Made by a program: the position numbers and the translations under genes. A DNA stretch of 64,000 nt from Histomonas meleagridis 2922-C6/04-290x (Eukaryota > Protista > Parabasalia), in NCBI GenBank assembly GCA_020184695.1, contig JAANOX010000245.1:248001-312000 (forward strand), written 5' to 3'. Under the pieces are notes generated by a model. The model did no database searches and was not told where the DNA came from. It saw nothing but the letters and a program-made list of their open reading frames with translations. This document shows, piece by piece, positions 22,132-34,264 of the stretch (within the stretch, counting starts at the first letter, position 1; the number at the start of each line of letters is the position of its first letter).

Positions 22132-22680
22132 TTAAATTTCTTCTCTTGGATCTGGTGCTTTGCCCTCTCTTAGTACGTTTGGATCAAGCCCTTCTGCTTC
22201 CATGTTCTTGGCAAGTGACATTATTGGAACACCAATGTCCTTAAGCCTGAACCAACGTGCATAAAGTGGATCATTCCTTGGTGAATAAGGAGCATTTTCT
22301 TCTGCATTAGGTGTGGATTCTGTTTGTGTTTCTTCACCTTGTGGAGCTTCGCCTTCTGTTTGAGGTGGTGGAGGTGCAGGTGGAGGTGGTGTTCCACTTT
22401 CAGCTTGAGGTTCTTCTTGTGGAACAGGAGGTGCAGCTGGTTCAATTCTTTGTCCTGGTGTGAAATTGAGGTCTTCTACGGATTGGAGTTTCTTTTCTAA
22501 AATAGCTGTGAGGATTTCTACGTTGTTAATTCTTTCTGAAACTTCTAAAAGTTTCAAATCACAAATATTGGAAAACCTATTTAAAAAATCAACCGTCCTT
22601 TCGGCAAACTGATTGACACTTGCTATTATACGAGCATGCCCAATGGAATCAGCGTTTGAATAGTCAATTGGATCGTCCAT
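22132..22680 (-). CDS. WASHC3: WASH complex subunit 3 (CCDC53)-like
   Basis: N-terminal VNQFAERTVDFLNRFSNICDLKL...ILEKKLQSV coiled coil, a Pro-rich linker, and C-terminal DPLYARWFRLKDIGVP...EGLDPNVL. Confidence 0.8.
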   Translation of the reverse strand: MDDPIDYSNADSIGHARIIASVNQFAERTVDFLNRFSNICDLKLLEVSERINNVEILTAILEKKLQSVEDLNFTPGQRIEPAAPPVPQEEPQAESGTPPPPAPPPPQTEGEAPQGEETQTESTPNAEENAPYSPRNDPLYARWFRLKDIGVPIMSLAKNMEAEGLDPNVLREGKAPDPREEI

Positions 22681-22810
22681 TTTGCCTAGAATAATAAAAC
22701 CGCTTTCTTAACCAATGAAATAACCGTCGCATTGTTTCGAAGACCGTTTATTAAAAAAAAAATCGAATTCTAATTTAAAACATTCTATTTATTAACAGTA
22801 ACATATGTTT

Positions 22811-24950
22811 TTACTTCTTATTTAACTTTTGCTTTAATAAATCCACTATTTGTTGATTATCTGTAATTTCAAAATTTTCATCAATTTCAATTTCTTTTTG
22901 TTCAATAAGTAATTTAACAATATCTATGTATTTACCTTTACAGGCCTTATATAATGCTGAATGAATTTTTTTGAAGAAATCCCTTTAATTATTTTAAAAC
23001 TTCAAATAAAACATGTGAATACATAACAATATCAAAAAACATTTTTAGCGTTTATATCTATTCCTTCTTTTTGAAGAAGTAATTGAACAACTTCTTTTTT
23101 ACCATTTCGTGCTGCGAGTATTAAAGCAGTATTAAATTAATTAAATAAATTCCAAAAAGTTATCAAAATAAACTTGAATATAAATTAACAAATGTTTTTT
23201 GCATTTATATCGATTTTTTCTTGATTAAGAAGAATTTTTACTATATCAACATGACCATATTGTGCTGCGACCATCAAAGGAGAATGAATTTGACTTAACA
23301 AACACCAAATTAAAAATCAAAATATGAAATATAAAAAATAATCATTATGAATAATAATATTAATATTTGAAAGATTAATATCAGTTCCTGGCTTTTGAAC
23401 AAGTGATAAAACAATATCTAAATTCCTATTTTTACATGAATGCATTAATGGAGTCCAAAATAATTTAAATAAATTCCAAATGATATATATTAACCCAAAA
23501 TAATTTTAAAATACATTATATAAAACATAAAAAACATCTCTTACGTTTACATCAATGTTATCTTGTTCAAGAAGAAATTTGACAAGTTCTGTGTGACTTT
23601 TTTCACATGCAAACATAAGTGCTGTTTGAAACTATTTAAAGAAATTCTTAAAAATGAGAATTTGACGCAAAAATACTTATAAAAAAATATCTTTTGAATT
23701 TATTTCAATGCAATTTTCTAAAAGGAATTTAACAATTTCTACTTTACCATATTTTGATGCAGCTACGAATATTTTCCAAACATAAAAAAATCTAAAAAAA
23801 TATTTTCAAAATCTAAATCATTTTCTTCTTTCTTTAGAATTGGCTCAATAATTTTTACGTTTTCCATCCTTTCATACCCTAAAAAATGCTTTATAAGGAA
23901 AATATTTCCAACCATTGCTGATTTTTCAAGAATGAAATCATTTATTTCTATTCCTTCTTCTTCTAAAAACAAGAAAATGGAAAAATCACAATATTCGATA
24001 CAACTCATTAATAAATCTGTATAATCTTCAATTTTAATGATTTTGTTTTCATAAATATAATGAAAGATATCATTTCGATGATATTCAATAGAGACTTCAT
24101 ATGCTTTTTCAAATGCTGCCTGATTTTGTATACATAAATGAAATATTTCGAGATTGCCGCCTGCAATTGCAAATTTTCCTGTGTTTTTGATGTTTGAGCC
24201 GTTCATTAACAAAAACTTAAAACATTTAACTGCAGAAAAAAATGCTGCATAATCAATTAACGAAACATTGTTTTTGTTAACAAATGTATATCTTTCATAA
24301 AGTGATGGTGCAATTGTTTGGTTAAAATTAAAATTTGTTTGTGCAGATATTTTTTGAAGTTTCTCGATTTCATCATTTCGAATTATTTTCGCAAGTTCAT
24401 TTGGATTAACTCCTTCTTTAATTAATTTCTTATGAAGTTCCCAATCATTCTTTGATAGCTCTTCAAAATTAGAATTAAAATCTTTACTAAATTTAATGAG
24501 TTTTAAATTTTCAATTTGTTTTTTGGGATTTAAATGAGAAAAATATAATGTTCTTTTAGTTTTAATGAAACTTGTATCAATTAATTCTTTCTCAAGCATT
24601 TTTTCAAGTAAATAATTTGATTCATCTGAATTTAAGTTATGAATATATTTGCAAAAATTTCCAAATAATTTTGTATTACTTTTTAGAACTTCTTCTTCTT
24701 TCATATCAATAGCTATTAAAAAATTAAAATATATATTCGGATCTCCCATTCGAGAAACAAAAGAAGAATATATCATCCTAATTAATAACAAATTAAATGA
24801 TAATGGAAAATTTATATCAAAAAAATCCATTGTTGCTTGAACTGATGCTGTAATTGTATTCAGATTTAAATTGATTATTATTTCCTCTAATTTTTGTAAG
24901 ATATGGAGATAAGGCTTAGGACGTAGAAAAAAATTTTCCAAAGCAGACAT
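22811..24950 (-). CDS. DUF3447/ankyrin-repeat protein (gene B), interrupted by 19 non-canonical 17/18-nt segments
   Basis: The DUF3447 ORF joins the ankyrin frame if the single 17-mer 23785-23801 is removed. Junctions 23688-23626, 23535-23455, 23364-23284, 23193-23131 and 23040-22961 give D-FLRQ-TAL (layout ambiguous), D-NWGW-TPL, N-NHGH-SPL, N-QFGN-TAL and N-CEGH-SAL. The last exon is open to TAA at 22811. The first ATG is at 24950. Confidence 0.75.
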
Positions 24951-25342
24951 TTCTTCAAAAGCGGTATCAAAAACTGACAAAATTAATTTTATTTAGCTTT
25001 TAAAGCAAAAAAACTTATAATTTGAACTTACTGAACCATAACATAAGTTTATAAATTTCTAATTGTTATGTAAAAAAACATTTTTATAATTTAATTAGTA
25101 TTTGCATTTTGCATTATATAAGGAATAATAAACTATGAAAATATGAGGGGAAAAAATATAATATTAATGAGGTTATTTTATAAATATGAAAGACACAAAA
25201 TTTTTGTATTGATTATCATTAAAATTTCTTTTTTATTCGAATATATCAAAAATATTGATGGAAAAAAGAAAAAAAGTCAGAAAAATTTATTTAAGCAACA
25301 AAATATTGAATAATAGATATTAATAATTTATTATCTTTATTA

Positions 25343-25822
25343 TTATTGTTCTGTTTCTTTCTCTAAATAATATTTTGCAACAACACTTGGTGTTTCCATA
25401 AGTTTTTGCAAATCAATTTTAGTAATCATACCTTTCTGATAACAAACATATGCGCAACCTTCATTAATATCAATATGATCTACGTAAAGCGGACAATATC
25501 CAGGAGGAGTGATTGATCCGTCGTCGCTTGTCTGTAGAAGTGATGGAAATTGTCGAAATGATTTTGTCCAAATATCGATAAGATTTGGATTAAACTGAAA
25601 ATCAAATGTGAAAGATGGATCTGTTTGTGATGAAGAATCAACAAGTTGTGTTTCTCCATTTGTCCAATAACTCATAATTTGATTTGAATTTTCTGGTATA
25701 TCAAGTAAAGAGCCTTTAACCCAAACACATTTTTTATTTGACATTTGAACTCTATATAAAATTTCATCATCCTCCTCTATAATTCGATGAGATAAAATAT
25801 GGAAAACATGTTCATCTTCCAT
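25343..25822 (-). CDS. Hypothetical protein with chromo-like N-terminus
   Basis: 159-aa ORF. HILSHRII...ILYRVQ...CVWV weakly resembles a chromodomain. Confidence 0.55.
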   Translation of the reverse strand: MEDEHVFHILSHRIIEEDDEILYRVQMSNKKCVWVKGSLLDIPENSNQIMSYWTNGETQLVDSSSQTDPSFTFDFQFNPNLIDIWTKSFRQFPSLLQTSDDGSITPPGYCPLYVDHIDINEGCAYVCYQKGMITKIDLQKLMETPSVVAKYYLEKETEQ

Positions 25823-25912
25823 TTTTTAAAAAGATAATGCAAACAAAGATAGTCAAATATATTTTGAAGTGACATAAATTATTGAAAGGAATTAATTGAC
25901 ATAACACAAAAA

Positions 25913-27142
25913 ATGGCTGAAGAAGCAGTTTCTTATGTAATTGAGAAACTCTTAAGACCTATTGGAATTGATCTTTCGCCAAAAGTTTTTTATGAAGCTT
26001 CTCTAAATAATGATGAATATGTTAATGAAATGAAGACTTCATTATACACTTTTCTTGCACATTTATTCATTGCTAATCGACAAGATGCAAAAAACTGGAT
26101 AAGGAAATGTACAATCCCTCAAGCCGAAGAAGTTTTAAGACTTTATGGGTTTGATCCATTTTTATTTGATCTTGAAAATTCATCACAACATTTATTAGTT
26201 ACAATTTGTTGGCTTATATGGCGTTCAGATCTCTTTCAAAAATTATATGATCCATTAATTCCACAAAATGATGTATATCTTCCACCATATGGAATTTTCT
26301 GTAATGATGGTGAAGAAATTCAACAAAAACCTTTACGTTCTCCACCCAGTAATCCAGATGAATTAACACTTGGAATTCAACGTTTAATTGGGAAAATATC
26401 ATATCAATTACAAGTTCTTAGTGATTTAGAAATGACTCGTGAAACACTTCATTGGAAGATCCGCTCTATTGATCCCGACACTTCACTTTATGCTCTTAGT
26501 CTCAAAGCTAAACCAAGTATATTAAATGCTCATACTGAAGCCTTACGAAAAGCCATTCAAAACTCTGACAAAATCAAAGAGATTGCACGTATTGAACAAC
26601 TTTTTTGGCGTTGGGCCTTTTCTGTTGTTGATAATTTAATTGTTGAAAGTGATCGATTTGATGAAACTCGATCAATTCCAATTGATTGGTATCCTCCATT
26701 TACTACTTCTCCATATACTCGCCATAACAAAGGAGTAGATGATCTACAATTCGCGATGAACGAAATGAAACAGAAGCTGCAAAAGTGCCGCGTCAAATTT
26801 GGAAACAAAAAAATTAACGAAAAACAAAGCGGACTCAATGGAAGACAAATCGATCTAATTAAAAGAGAAATTGATGACCTGATGGAGAAGCTTGAGAGAA
26901 CAGAAGAAGTAAAGGAAGAAGTTCAAGAAGAAAAATCCATAAATTTAATTCCGGAACTTCCTTTCAAAGAATTTAGTGATACAAAGCTACAAAGAATTAT
27001 TGCAAAGTCACAACAAAAGAGTGCTGATATTGCAAAAAAAGCATGTCCCGAAATAGCATCTATTGTCAATGAGATATGTACAGAACTTAACTTGCAACCA
27101 CACGGATGGAAATGCGACAACAGTCCAAAAGTCAAAGAATGA
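25913..27142 (+). CDS. Hypothetical coiled-coil protein, possibly TEDC1 (tubulin epsilon/delta complex)-like
   Basis: 409-aa ORF. LRLYGF...SSQHLLVTICWLI resembles the TEDC1 N-terminal signature from memory; not confirmed. Confidence 0.5.
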   Translation: MAEEAVSYVIEKLLRPIGIDLSPKVFYEASLNNDEYVNEMKTSLYTFLAHLFIANRQDAKNWIRKCTIPQAEEVLRLYGFDPFLFDLENSSQHLLVTICWLIWRSDLFQKLYDPLIPQNDVYLPPYGIFCNDGEEIQQKPLRSPPSNPDELTLGIQRLIGKISYQLQVLSDLEMTRETLHWKIRSIDPDTSLYALSLKAKPSILNAHTEALRKAIQNSDKIKEIARIEQLFWRWAFSVVDNLIVESDRFDETRSIPIDWYPPFTTSPYTRHNKGVDDLQFAMNEMKQKLQKCRVKFGNKKINEKQSGLNGRQIDLIKREIDDLMEKLERTEEVKEEVQEEKSINLIPELPFKEFSDTKLQRIIAKSQQKSADIAKKACPEIASIVNEICTELNLQPHGWKCDNSPKVKE

Positions 27143-27349
27143 AAAACATTTCATCGAAATTTGTGTGTAAAAACTTTCTAATTATTTTCAAATATATTTA
27201 CAATACGAATTTATGGGAAAAATAACATTTAAGCAGCAATAACAAATCTTATGAAATCAAATACTAAAAGAGACATCCTCAAAATAATATAAGAAAAATA
27301 ATATTTTTCGATAATCTGTAAGCATAATAAATATAATGAAAATAGATAT

Positions 27350-29084
27350 GTAAAGTGATACACAAATTCAGTACAATAACACATATGTAAAGTGATACAC
27401 AAATTCAGTACACAAACACATATGTAAAGTGATGCACAAATTCAGTACACAAACACATATGTAAAGTGATACACAAATTCAGTACAATAACACATATGTA
27501 AAGTGATACACAAATTCAGTACAATAACACATATGTAAAGTGATACACAAATTCAGTACAATAACACATATATGTAAAGTGATACACAAATTCAGTACAA
27601 TAACACATATGTAAAGTGATGCACAAATTCAGTACAATAACACATATGTAAAGTGATACACAAATTCAGTACAATAACACATATGTAAAGTGATGCACAA
27701 ATTCAGTACACAAACACATATGTAAAGTGATGCACAAATTCAGTACAATAACACATATGTAAAGTGATACACAAATTCAGTACACAAACACATATGTAAA
27801 GTGATACACAAATTCAGTACAATAACACATATGTAAAGTGATACACAAATTCAGTACAATAACACATATGTAAAGTGATACACAAATTCAGTACAATAAC
27901 ACATATGTAAAGTGATGCACAAATTCAGTACAATAACACATATGTAAAGTGATACACAAATTCAGTACAATAACACATATGTAAAGTGATACACAAATTC
28001 AGTACAATAACACATATGTAAAGTGATACACAAATTCAGTACAATAACACATATGTAAAGTGATGCACAAATTCAGTACAATAACACATATGTAAAGTGA
28101 TGCACAAATTCAGTACACAAACACATATGTAAAGTGATACACAAATTCAGTACAATAACACATATGTAAAGTGATACACAAATTCAGTACAATAACACAT
28201 ATGTAAAGTGATACACAAATTCAGTACAATAACACATATGTAAAGTGATACACAAATTCAGTACACAAACACATATGTAAAGTGATACACAAATTCAGTA
28301 CACAAACACATATGTAAAGTGATACACAAATTCAGTACACAAACACATATGTAAAGTGATACACAAATTCAGTACAATAACACATATAAAGTGATACACA
28401 AATTCAGTACAATAACACATATGTAAAGTGATACACAAATTCAGTACAATAACACATATGTAAAGTGATACACAAATTCAGTACACAAACACATATGTAA
28501 AGTGATACACAAATTCAGTACAATAACACATATGTAAAGTGATACACAAATTCAGTACACAAACACATATGTAAAGTGATGCACAAATTCAGTACAATAA
28601 CACATATGTAAAGTGATACACAAATTCAGTACAATAACACATATGTAAAGTGATACACAAATTCAGTACAATAACACATATGTAAAGTGATACACAAATT
28701 CAGTACAATAACACATATGTAAAGTGATGCACAAATTCAGTACAATAACACATATGTAAAGTGATACACAAATTCAGTACAATAACACATATGTAAAGTG
28801 ATACACAAATTCAGTACAATAACACATATGTAAAGTGATGCACAAATTCAGTACACAAACACATATGTAAAGTGATACACAAATTCAGTACAATAACACA
28901 TATGTAAAGTGATACACAAATTCAGTACAATAACACATATGTAAAGTGATGCACAAATTCAGTACACAAACACATATGTAAAGTGATGCACAAATTCAGT
29001 ACAATAACACATATGTAAAGTGATACACAAATTCAGTACAATAACACATATGTAAAGTGATGCACAAATTCAGTACACAAACAC
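27350..29084. repeat. 37-nt tandem satellite (GTAAAGTGAT(A/G)CACAAATTCAGTACA(AT/CA)AACACATAT), about 47 copies
   Basis: Head-to-tail units with no spacers and two biallelic positions. One unit has 2 extra nt (near 27570) and one lacks 2 nt (near 28387). Stop codons interrupt reading on both strands. Confidence 0.97.
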
Positions 29085-29186
29085 GTAAATATTTAAATGG
29101 TCGCTCATAGCCAGATTTTCAAAGGAAAACGATTAACAAGCAAAGTATTTTTCCAAGAGTTTATTTCATATGTTAGTCATACCTTT

Positions 29187-31856
29187 TTATAAAGAAAGAG
29201 CTTCATCATCAAGTGTAAACTCTTGTTTTTGTGTAGCTCCGCCTTTGTTTTCAGCTTGCATTTCAAGTGCCTTCTTTCTGTTTCTAAAGAATGTAATTAA
29301 TATAACAGCTACGCATGCAACTACAACAACTACAGTCACAACAATAATAACAATCTCAGTAGTACCAAGACCGCTGCTTTCTGGTGGATGCCATTCAGAA
29401 TCATCGTATGTGGGTGCAAATGAATATTCATATAATGTTACTGTGGCGTAGTATTCGTGAATTGTGTAATTATAGACTGTAACGTAATTAGAATTAGAAA
29501 TTGTCTCTGTAATAAATGATCCAACGATTTCAGATGAATATACTAATGATACTGTGGTATATGGCACAACTGTCAATGTCCAATTTATAGGTTGTGATGC
29601 TGTGAAATTGTTTGTAGGTTCGAATGTGTTTGATACTGTGAATGAATCTGTTGCTGGTATGCACTCGGACATAGAGCCTCTGTGAACTGGCATGCCATAA
29701 AATGTTTCGCCTTGGTAATCACCCAAGCATTGAACGGTGGTTGTTATTAAATTCGTAAATGCTTGTGTACCAAAAGAAGGTTCTGTTGTACCATAATAAA
29801 ACAGACATCTAACTGCTGTGCACATATAAAATGCATAATCGCTAATAGTTTTGACATTGGATCCGATGTAAAGAACACTCATGTAAGCGCAACTATCAAA
29901 TGCATGTTGACCAATGGTTTCGACTGCATTAGGAATTGTTATATTGATGAATTGTGCAGAATGAAACGCATATTCTTCAATAGTTTTTAGTGCGACACCA
30001 CCAGTAAATTGTGTTACATTAATGTTTCCTTCGAATGCATAATGTTTAATTGTTGTAACAGTCTCTGGAATAAAACATTCGCCAGCTTTAGATCCTGGAT
30101 ATGAAATAATTTCTGTTCGACCACTGTTATAAAGAACACCATCGTTTTTATAATTACAATAACCAGCACATCCTGAATCAACAGTAATTGACTGTAATTT
30201 TGGTGTGTTTGCAAATGCACAATCGCCAATTGTTGTTGTTGTGTTCGAGATATGAATGGATGTTAAAGAAGTGCAGCCTTGAAATGCTTTATCGCCGATT
30301 GATGTGAGTTTGTTTCCAATTGTACATGTTGTTAAATTTGAACAGAGATAAAATGCATTTTCGGAAATTATTTGAACATTTGTAAGATCAATCGATTGTA
30401 ATTCCGTACAACTATTAAAAGCATATTTTCCAACTGATTGAACGTTTTGTCCAATATTTAGTGTTTTAAGTGCTGAACACGAAGCAAATGCACTGTTACC
30501 AATGGATTGAAGTTGAGGGAATGAAAGTTCTGTAAGTGAACTGCAGCTACCAAATGCATAGTCTTGAATTTCAGTTATTGAATCATCTATCTTAAGTTGA
30601 GATAACGAAGAACATCCATTGAAATAGCTCATGGGAATTGAGGTGATAGTACTTGGGAAATTAGCTGTTCTTAATTGTGTACATCCTTCAAATACACTAT
30701 CTTCAACTGAATCAACAGATGATGGAAAAATAATTTCGGTTATTGCTGAATATGCGAATGCATAACTACCAACAGTTGTTAATGCATTCCCATTAATTGT
30801 GAATTGAGTAAGCCTCTCACAATAACTGAATGAATAGGTTAAAATTGATTGTACACTTGAAGGAATTGAAATTGATGTGATTGCAGTGTATTCAAATGCA
30901 TGACCTCTAATCCTTTCAATTCCTGATCCTAGCGTAACTGAAGACAATGATGTACAATGGCTAAAAGCGAATTGGTCAATTAAATTAACTGAATCAGGAA
31001 TTGTAATACTTTGCAATGAGATACAATATTGAAATGTGTATTCTAGAATTTGAACTAATACTTGATTCATTGTAATAGTTTGTAATCTTTCACAATGTTC
31101 AAATGCATTGGTTCCTAAATATGTTATCTCAGAAGGCATTGTAAATGAAGATATAGAAGTGTATGAAAATGCTTGAAGTTGAATCTCATCCACTTGATCA
31201 GGTAACGTTATGCTTTGTAGGCTTGTGCACGAGTAAAATGCTTGGCTGCCAACTAATGTAATTGTTGAAGGAATATTTATTGTTGTGAGATTGGAACAAT
31301 AAGTGAAACAACTTGTTGGAATTGATGAAATGGTGATGCCATCGCCAAATTTAACAGTTTTTAAATTGGTACATGTACCAAAAGCAGTTGATCCTATTGA
31401 AATAGTATTCTTTGGAATAGTCACATCTGTCAATGAGGAACACTGGTCAAATGCATTCGAGTCAAGTACAAGTTCTGTATCAGTTGGTAAGGTGATGGAT
31501 TGAAGTGAATTGCATGATTGAAACCCACAAATTGCGATTGTAGTTAATCCAGTACCGAATTCCACATTTTTTAATTTGTAGCAATTTCGAAAAGCATTAC
31601 CTTCAATTGTTTCAACTGTGTTAGATAATTTCACGGATTCAATTAATTGTGCTCCATCAAATTGACCGTTTGGAATAGAGGTAACACTATCTCCAGTGAC
31701 CTCGAGGACAATTACTTGATGTTTAATAGATGATATGTATTCGAAATCTTCTTGAAGTTTTATAGTAAGTTTTCCTGTTTCATTCTCCCATTGCTCTTCC
31801 CAATCAAACCCAAACGAGTTCTGAAAGAGTGCGAAGACAAAAGCCAAAAAGACCAT
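29187..31856 (-). CDS. BspA-like LRR_5 surface protein with C-terminal TM and cytosolic tail
   Basis: Signal-like MVFLAFVFALF, many IGxxAFxxCxSLxxITIP repeats, an S/T-rich stalk, and TM EIVIIVVTVVVVVACVAVILITFF. Confidence 0.92.
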   Translation of the reverse strand: MVFLAFVFALFQNSFGFDWEEQWENETGKLTIKLQEDFEYISSIKHQVIVLEVTGDSVTSIPNGQFDGAQLIESVKLSNTVETIEGNAFRNCYKLKNVEFGTGLTTIAICGFQSCNSLQSITLPTDTELVLDSNAFDQCSSLTDVTIPKNTISIGSTAFGTCTNLKTVKFGDGITISSIPTSCFTYCSNLTTINIPSTITLVGSQAFYSCTSLQSITLPDQVDEIQLQAFSYTSISSFTMPSEITYLGTNAFEHCERLQTITMNQVLVQILEYTFQYCISLQSITIPDSVNLIDQFAFSHCTSLSSVTLGSGIERIRGHAFEYTAITSISIPSSVQSILTYSFSYCERLTQFTINGNALTTVGSYAFAYSAITEIIFPSSVDSVEDSVFEGCTQLRTANFPSTITSIPMSYFNGCSSLSQLKIDDSITEIQDYAFGSCSSLTELSFPQLQSIGNSAFASCSALKTLNIGQNVQSVGKYAFNSCTELQSIDLTNVQIISENAFYLCSNLTTCTIGNKLTSIGDKAFQGCTSLTSIHISNTTTTIGDCAFANTPKLQSITVDSGCAGYCNYKNDGVLYNSGRTEIISYPGSKAGECFIPETVTTIKHYAFEGNINVTQFTGGVALKTIEEYAFHSAQFINITIPNAVETIGQHAFDSCAYMSVLYIGSNVKTISDYAFYMCTAVRCLFYYGTTEPSFGTQAFTNLITTTVQCLGDYQGETFYGMPVHRGSMSECIPATDSFTVSNTFEPTNNFTASQPINWTLTVVPYTTVSLVYSSEIVGSFITETISNSNYVTVYNYTIHEYYATVTLYEYSFAPTYDDSEWHPPESSGLGTTEIVIIVVTVVVVVACVAVILITFFRNRKKALEMQAENKGGATQKQEFTLDDEALSL

Positions 31857-33019
31857 CCTTAACGAAAATATGTATGTGATCTCAATTCTCAAATTTTTCA
31901 CAATTTTTCAAGTAAAGTTGTCAAAAGCAATATTTATTCTGAAAAACTTGTGGTTCTAAGTGAACATCGGTAAGGCCGCTTAGAAGTCTGATGTAAATCA
32001 TTTAATTTTATGATTATTTCATTCAATTTTAACCATAGTATATTTAAATCAAAGTTTTTGATCCAGCACGGTCCTTCAGCTGTTTTTTTTTTTCGGTTAT
32101 TTATCCGGAACATTATAATATTATTTTGACACCGTGCTAGTAACGCGAATCAATGTATGTTATTCTTTATCGATTTGTCAAAGTCAAATTTTGAATAATT
32201 TCAAAATTATTTTTTGATTGGCTATTTAACATTAAACTTTCATTTGCCTCCCCAAAGGCGAGAGAAAAATCTACACCAAACTTTTTTTTTTTCATAAAGA
32301 TTGATTACACAAGCGCGACTGTAAAACTGTAAATGTTGTGAATTGCCGATAAGTATTCAAATATTACGGTTATTATCGGGACCCTGTACTCATCTATTCT
32401 AATTAGGCGGTGAATCATAATGATAGAAATACATCTAAAAAACATATCTTTTTCCATGTACGAGAGAATACATTAATATAATATGAGGGATTCAACAGAA
32501 AAAATAAATCGAATTTGATATCGAATTATAATTCATTAATTTAATTCAATTTAGAAATTTGTTTACTTCCTCGTTTGATTGTCAGCATATTTTTATACAT
32601 AAAAAATATTTTCGCTAGTATGATCTTATATAAATATACACACAAAGCATATTTTGTTCTAATGAAAGTATGCATTCACATGTGTTTCGGTAAGCATTCA
32701 TTTGTGTTGGTGTTATAGCATTTGTTAAATAATTATAAATAATTAATTTTGTTATATATAATCATGTGATTTTATTAATTCATTTTACAAATGTGTGATT
32801 GCTTTAGATCTTATATTATAATGATAAATTTATTTTATGCTTGCATTTACACTTAATTGGGACATAAAATTAATGTTAAGAAAAGACCTACAGTTTTTAA
32901 TAAAATACTCCAAAAATCCAATTGTTATTTTTATGATCTATGAATTTTTGAGAAATTTGATTGTTTCCCAACGTTGTGAAATACAAAATTGTGAAAACAT
33001 TGGAAACCATTTATTCTTT

Positions 33020-33565
33020 ATGACTGAAATTTGTTCAACACTCCGTAAGAGATTTTCCAAACAAGAAGACAAGATCTTGAAACATGCTGTTGATGAGCAA
33101 GGCCTACAAAATTGGGATGAAATTGCACAATTTTTACCAGGAAGAACTGGAAGACAATGTAGAGATCGTTATAATAACTATCTTTTTAAGGAAATCAGTG
33201 GAAAGCCATGGTCTCCTGAAGAAGATGAAATCATACGCCAAAAATATCAAATATATGGTTCACACTGGGTGAAGATATCACAATTTTTAGATGGAAGATC
33301 GGGAAATAATGTAAAAAATAGATGGTATAAATATTTATCAAAACATGATCCAAATAATGTAAAAAGTTCAAATGAGCGTAGGTTTCAGAACATTACCAAA
33401 GAGAAAGAACAACACCAAATCCCAAATTCAAAGCAAACGAATGCTTCTGGAATGCAATGGGATAGAACATTGAATGAGGAAGATTTACTCTTTGACCTTA
33501 TTCAGGATACATGTGATTGGAATAAAGAGAAACAAAATTGTTTTCAAGAAAATTGGTTTTATTGA
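33020..33565 (+). CDS. R2R3 Myb-like DNA-binding protein
   Basis: FSKQED...NWDEIAQFLPGRTGRQCRDRYNNYL and WSPEED...HWVKISQFLDGRSGNNVKNRW. The probable start is MTEIC at 33020; the ORF is open from 32837. Confidence 0.9.
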   Translation: MTEICSTLRKRFSKQEDKILKHAVDEQGLQNWDEIAQFLPGRTGRQCRDRYNNYLFKEISGKPWSPEEDEIIRQKYQIYGSHWVKISQFLDGRSGNNVKNRWYKYLSKHDPNNVKSSNERRFQNITKEKEQHQIPNSKQTNASGMQWDRTLNEEDLLFDLIQDTCDWNKEKQNCFQENWFY

Positions 33566-34264
33566 TTTTAATAAAATATGATAGTTTGCATGGCCAATTG
33601 TTTGTTTAATAAAGAAGTAAAATTTTTAATGAAACGCATTTGTCTAAACAACATAAGAAAAATATATTTATATATAATTTCAAATCTAATCCTAAAGTTT
33701 TCAGATTATATAATAAATTTGAGTGAAAAACACATAACTAAAAAACTGATGATTTCATTTCATGCAATGTTTTTATAAATTATGTTATTTAATGGATTAA
33801 TTGTAAAATGTTTTTTATGAATGATAATTGTAAAAATGTGTTCCCACATTTGTTCTATTTATAGTAAATTGATAAACCTTTGGCTTTAATACTTTGATAA
33901 TTATTACACTAGGAAAAAAAATGGAAAAGCTATATTATATAAAAAGAATAATTATATAAATATTTTTTTATAATTAAATAATATTATAAAAACAACAGTT
34001 TAACAACGCATTTTAATAATGTTAGATATATCTTAAAATTTTCAAACAAATCATATTTAATATTAAATCTTTTAACCAAATGCAAATTGGTGTTGAAAAT
34101 AAATTAGCTAACCCCGTGAACAATAGTAAATTTTTTATTATTTACAAAGCAAAAATTAAACAAATTGTCGCACTCGAATCTTGTTTCTGGTAAAAATTAA
34201 TTCAGAACATTAAAAAAATACATTTAATTTTATGAGAAAACATCGTAATTTAAACATCAGAAAT

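Noticed and set aside
27350-29084. CRISPR array (37-nt repeat length)
   Set aside because: There are no unique spacers and no cas genes, and the context is eukaryotic. It is a plain tandem satellite. I also found no link between 37 = 2x17+3 and the ankyrin segments.
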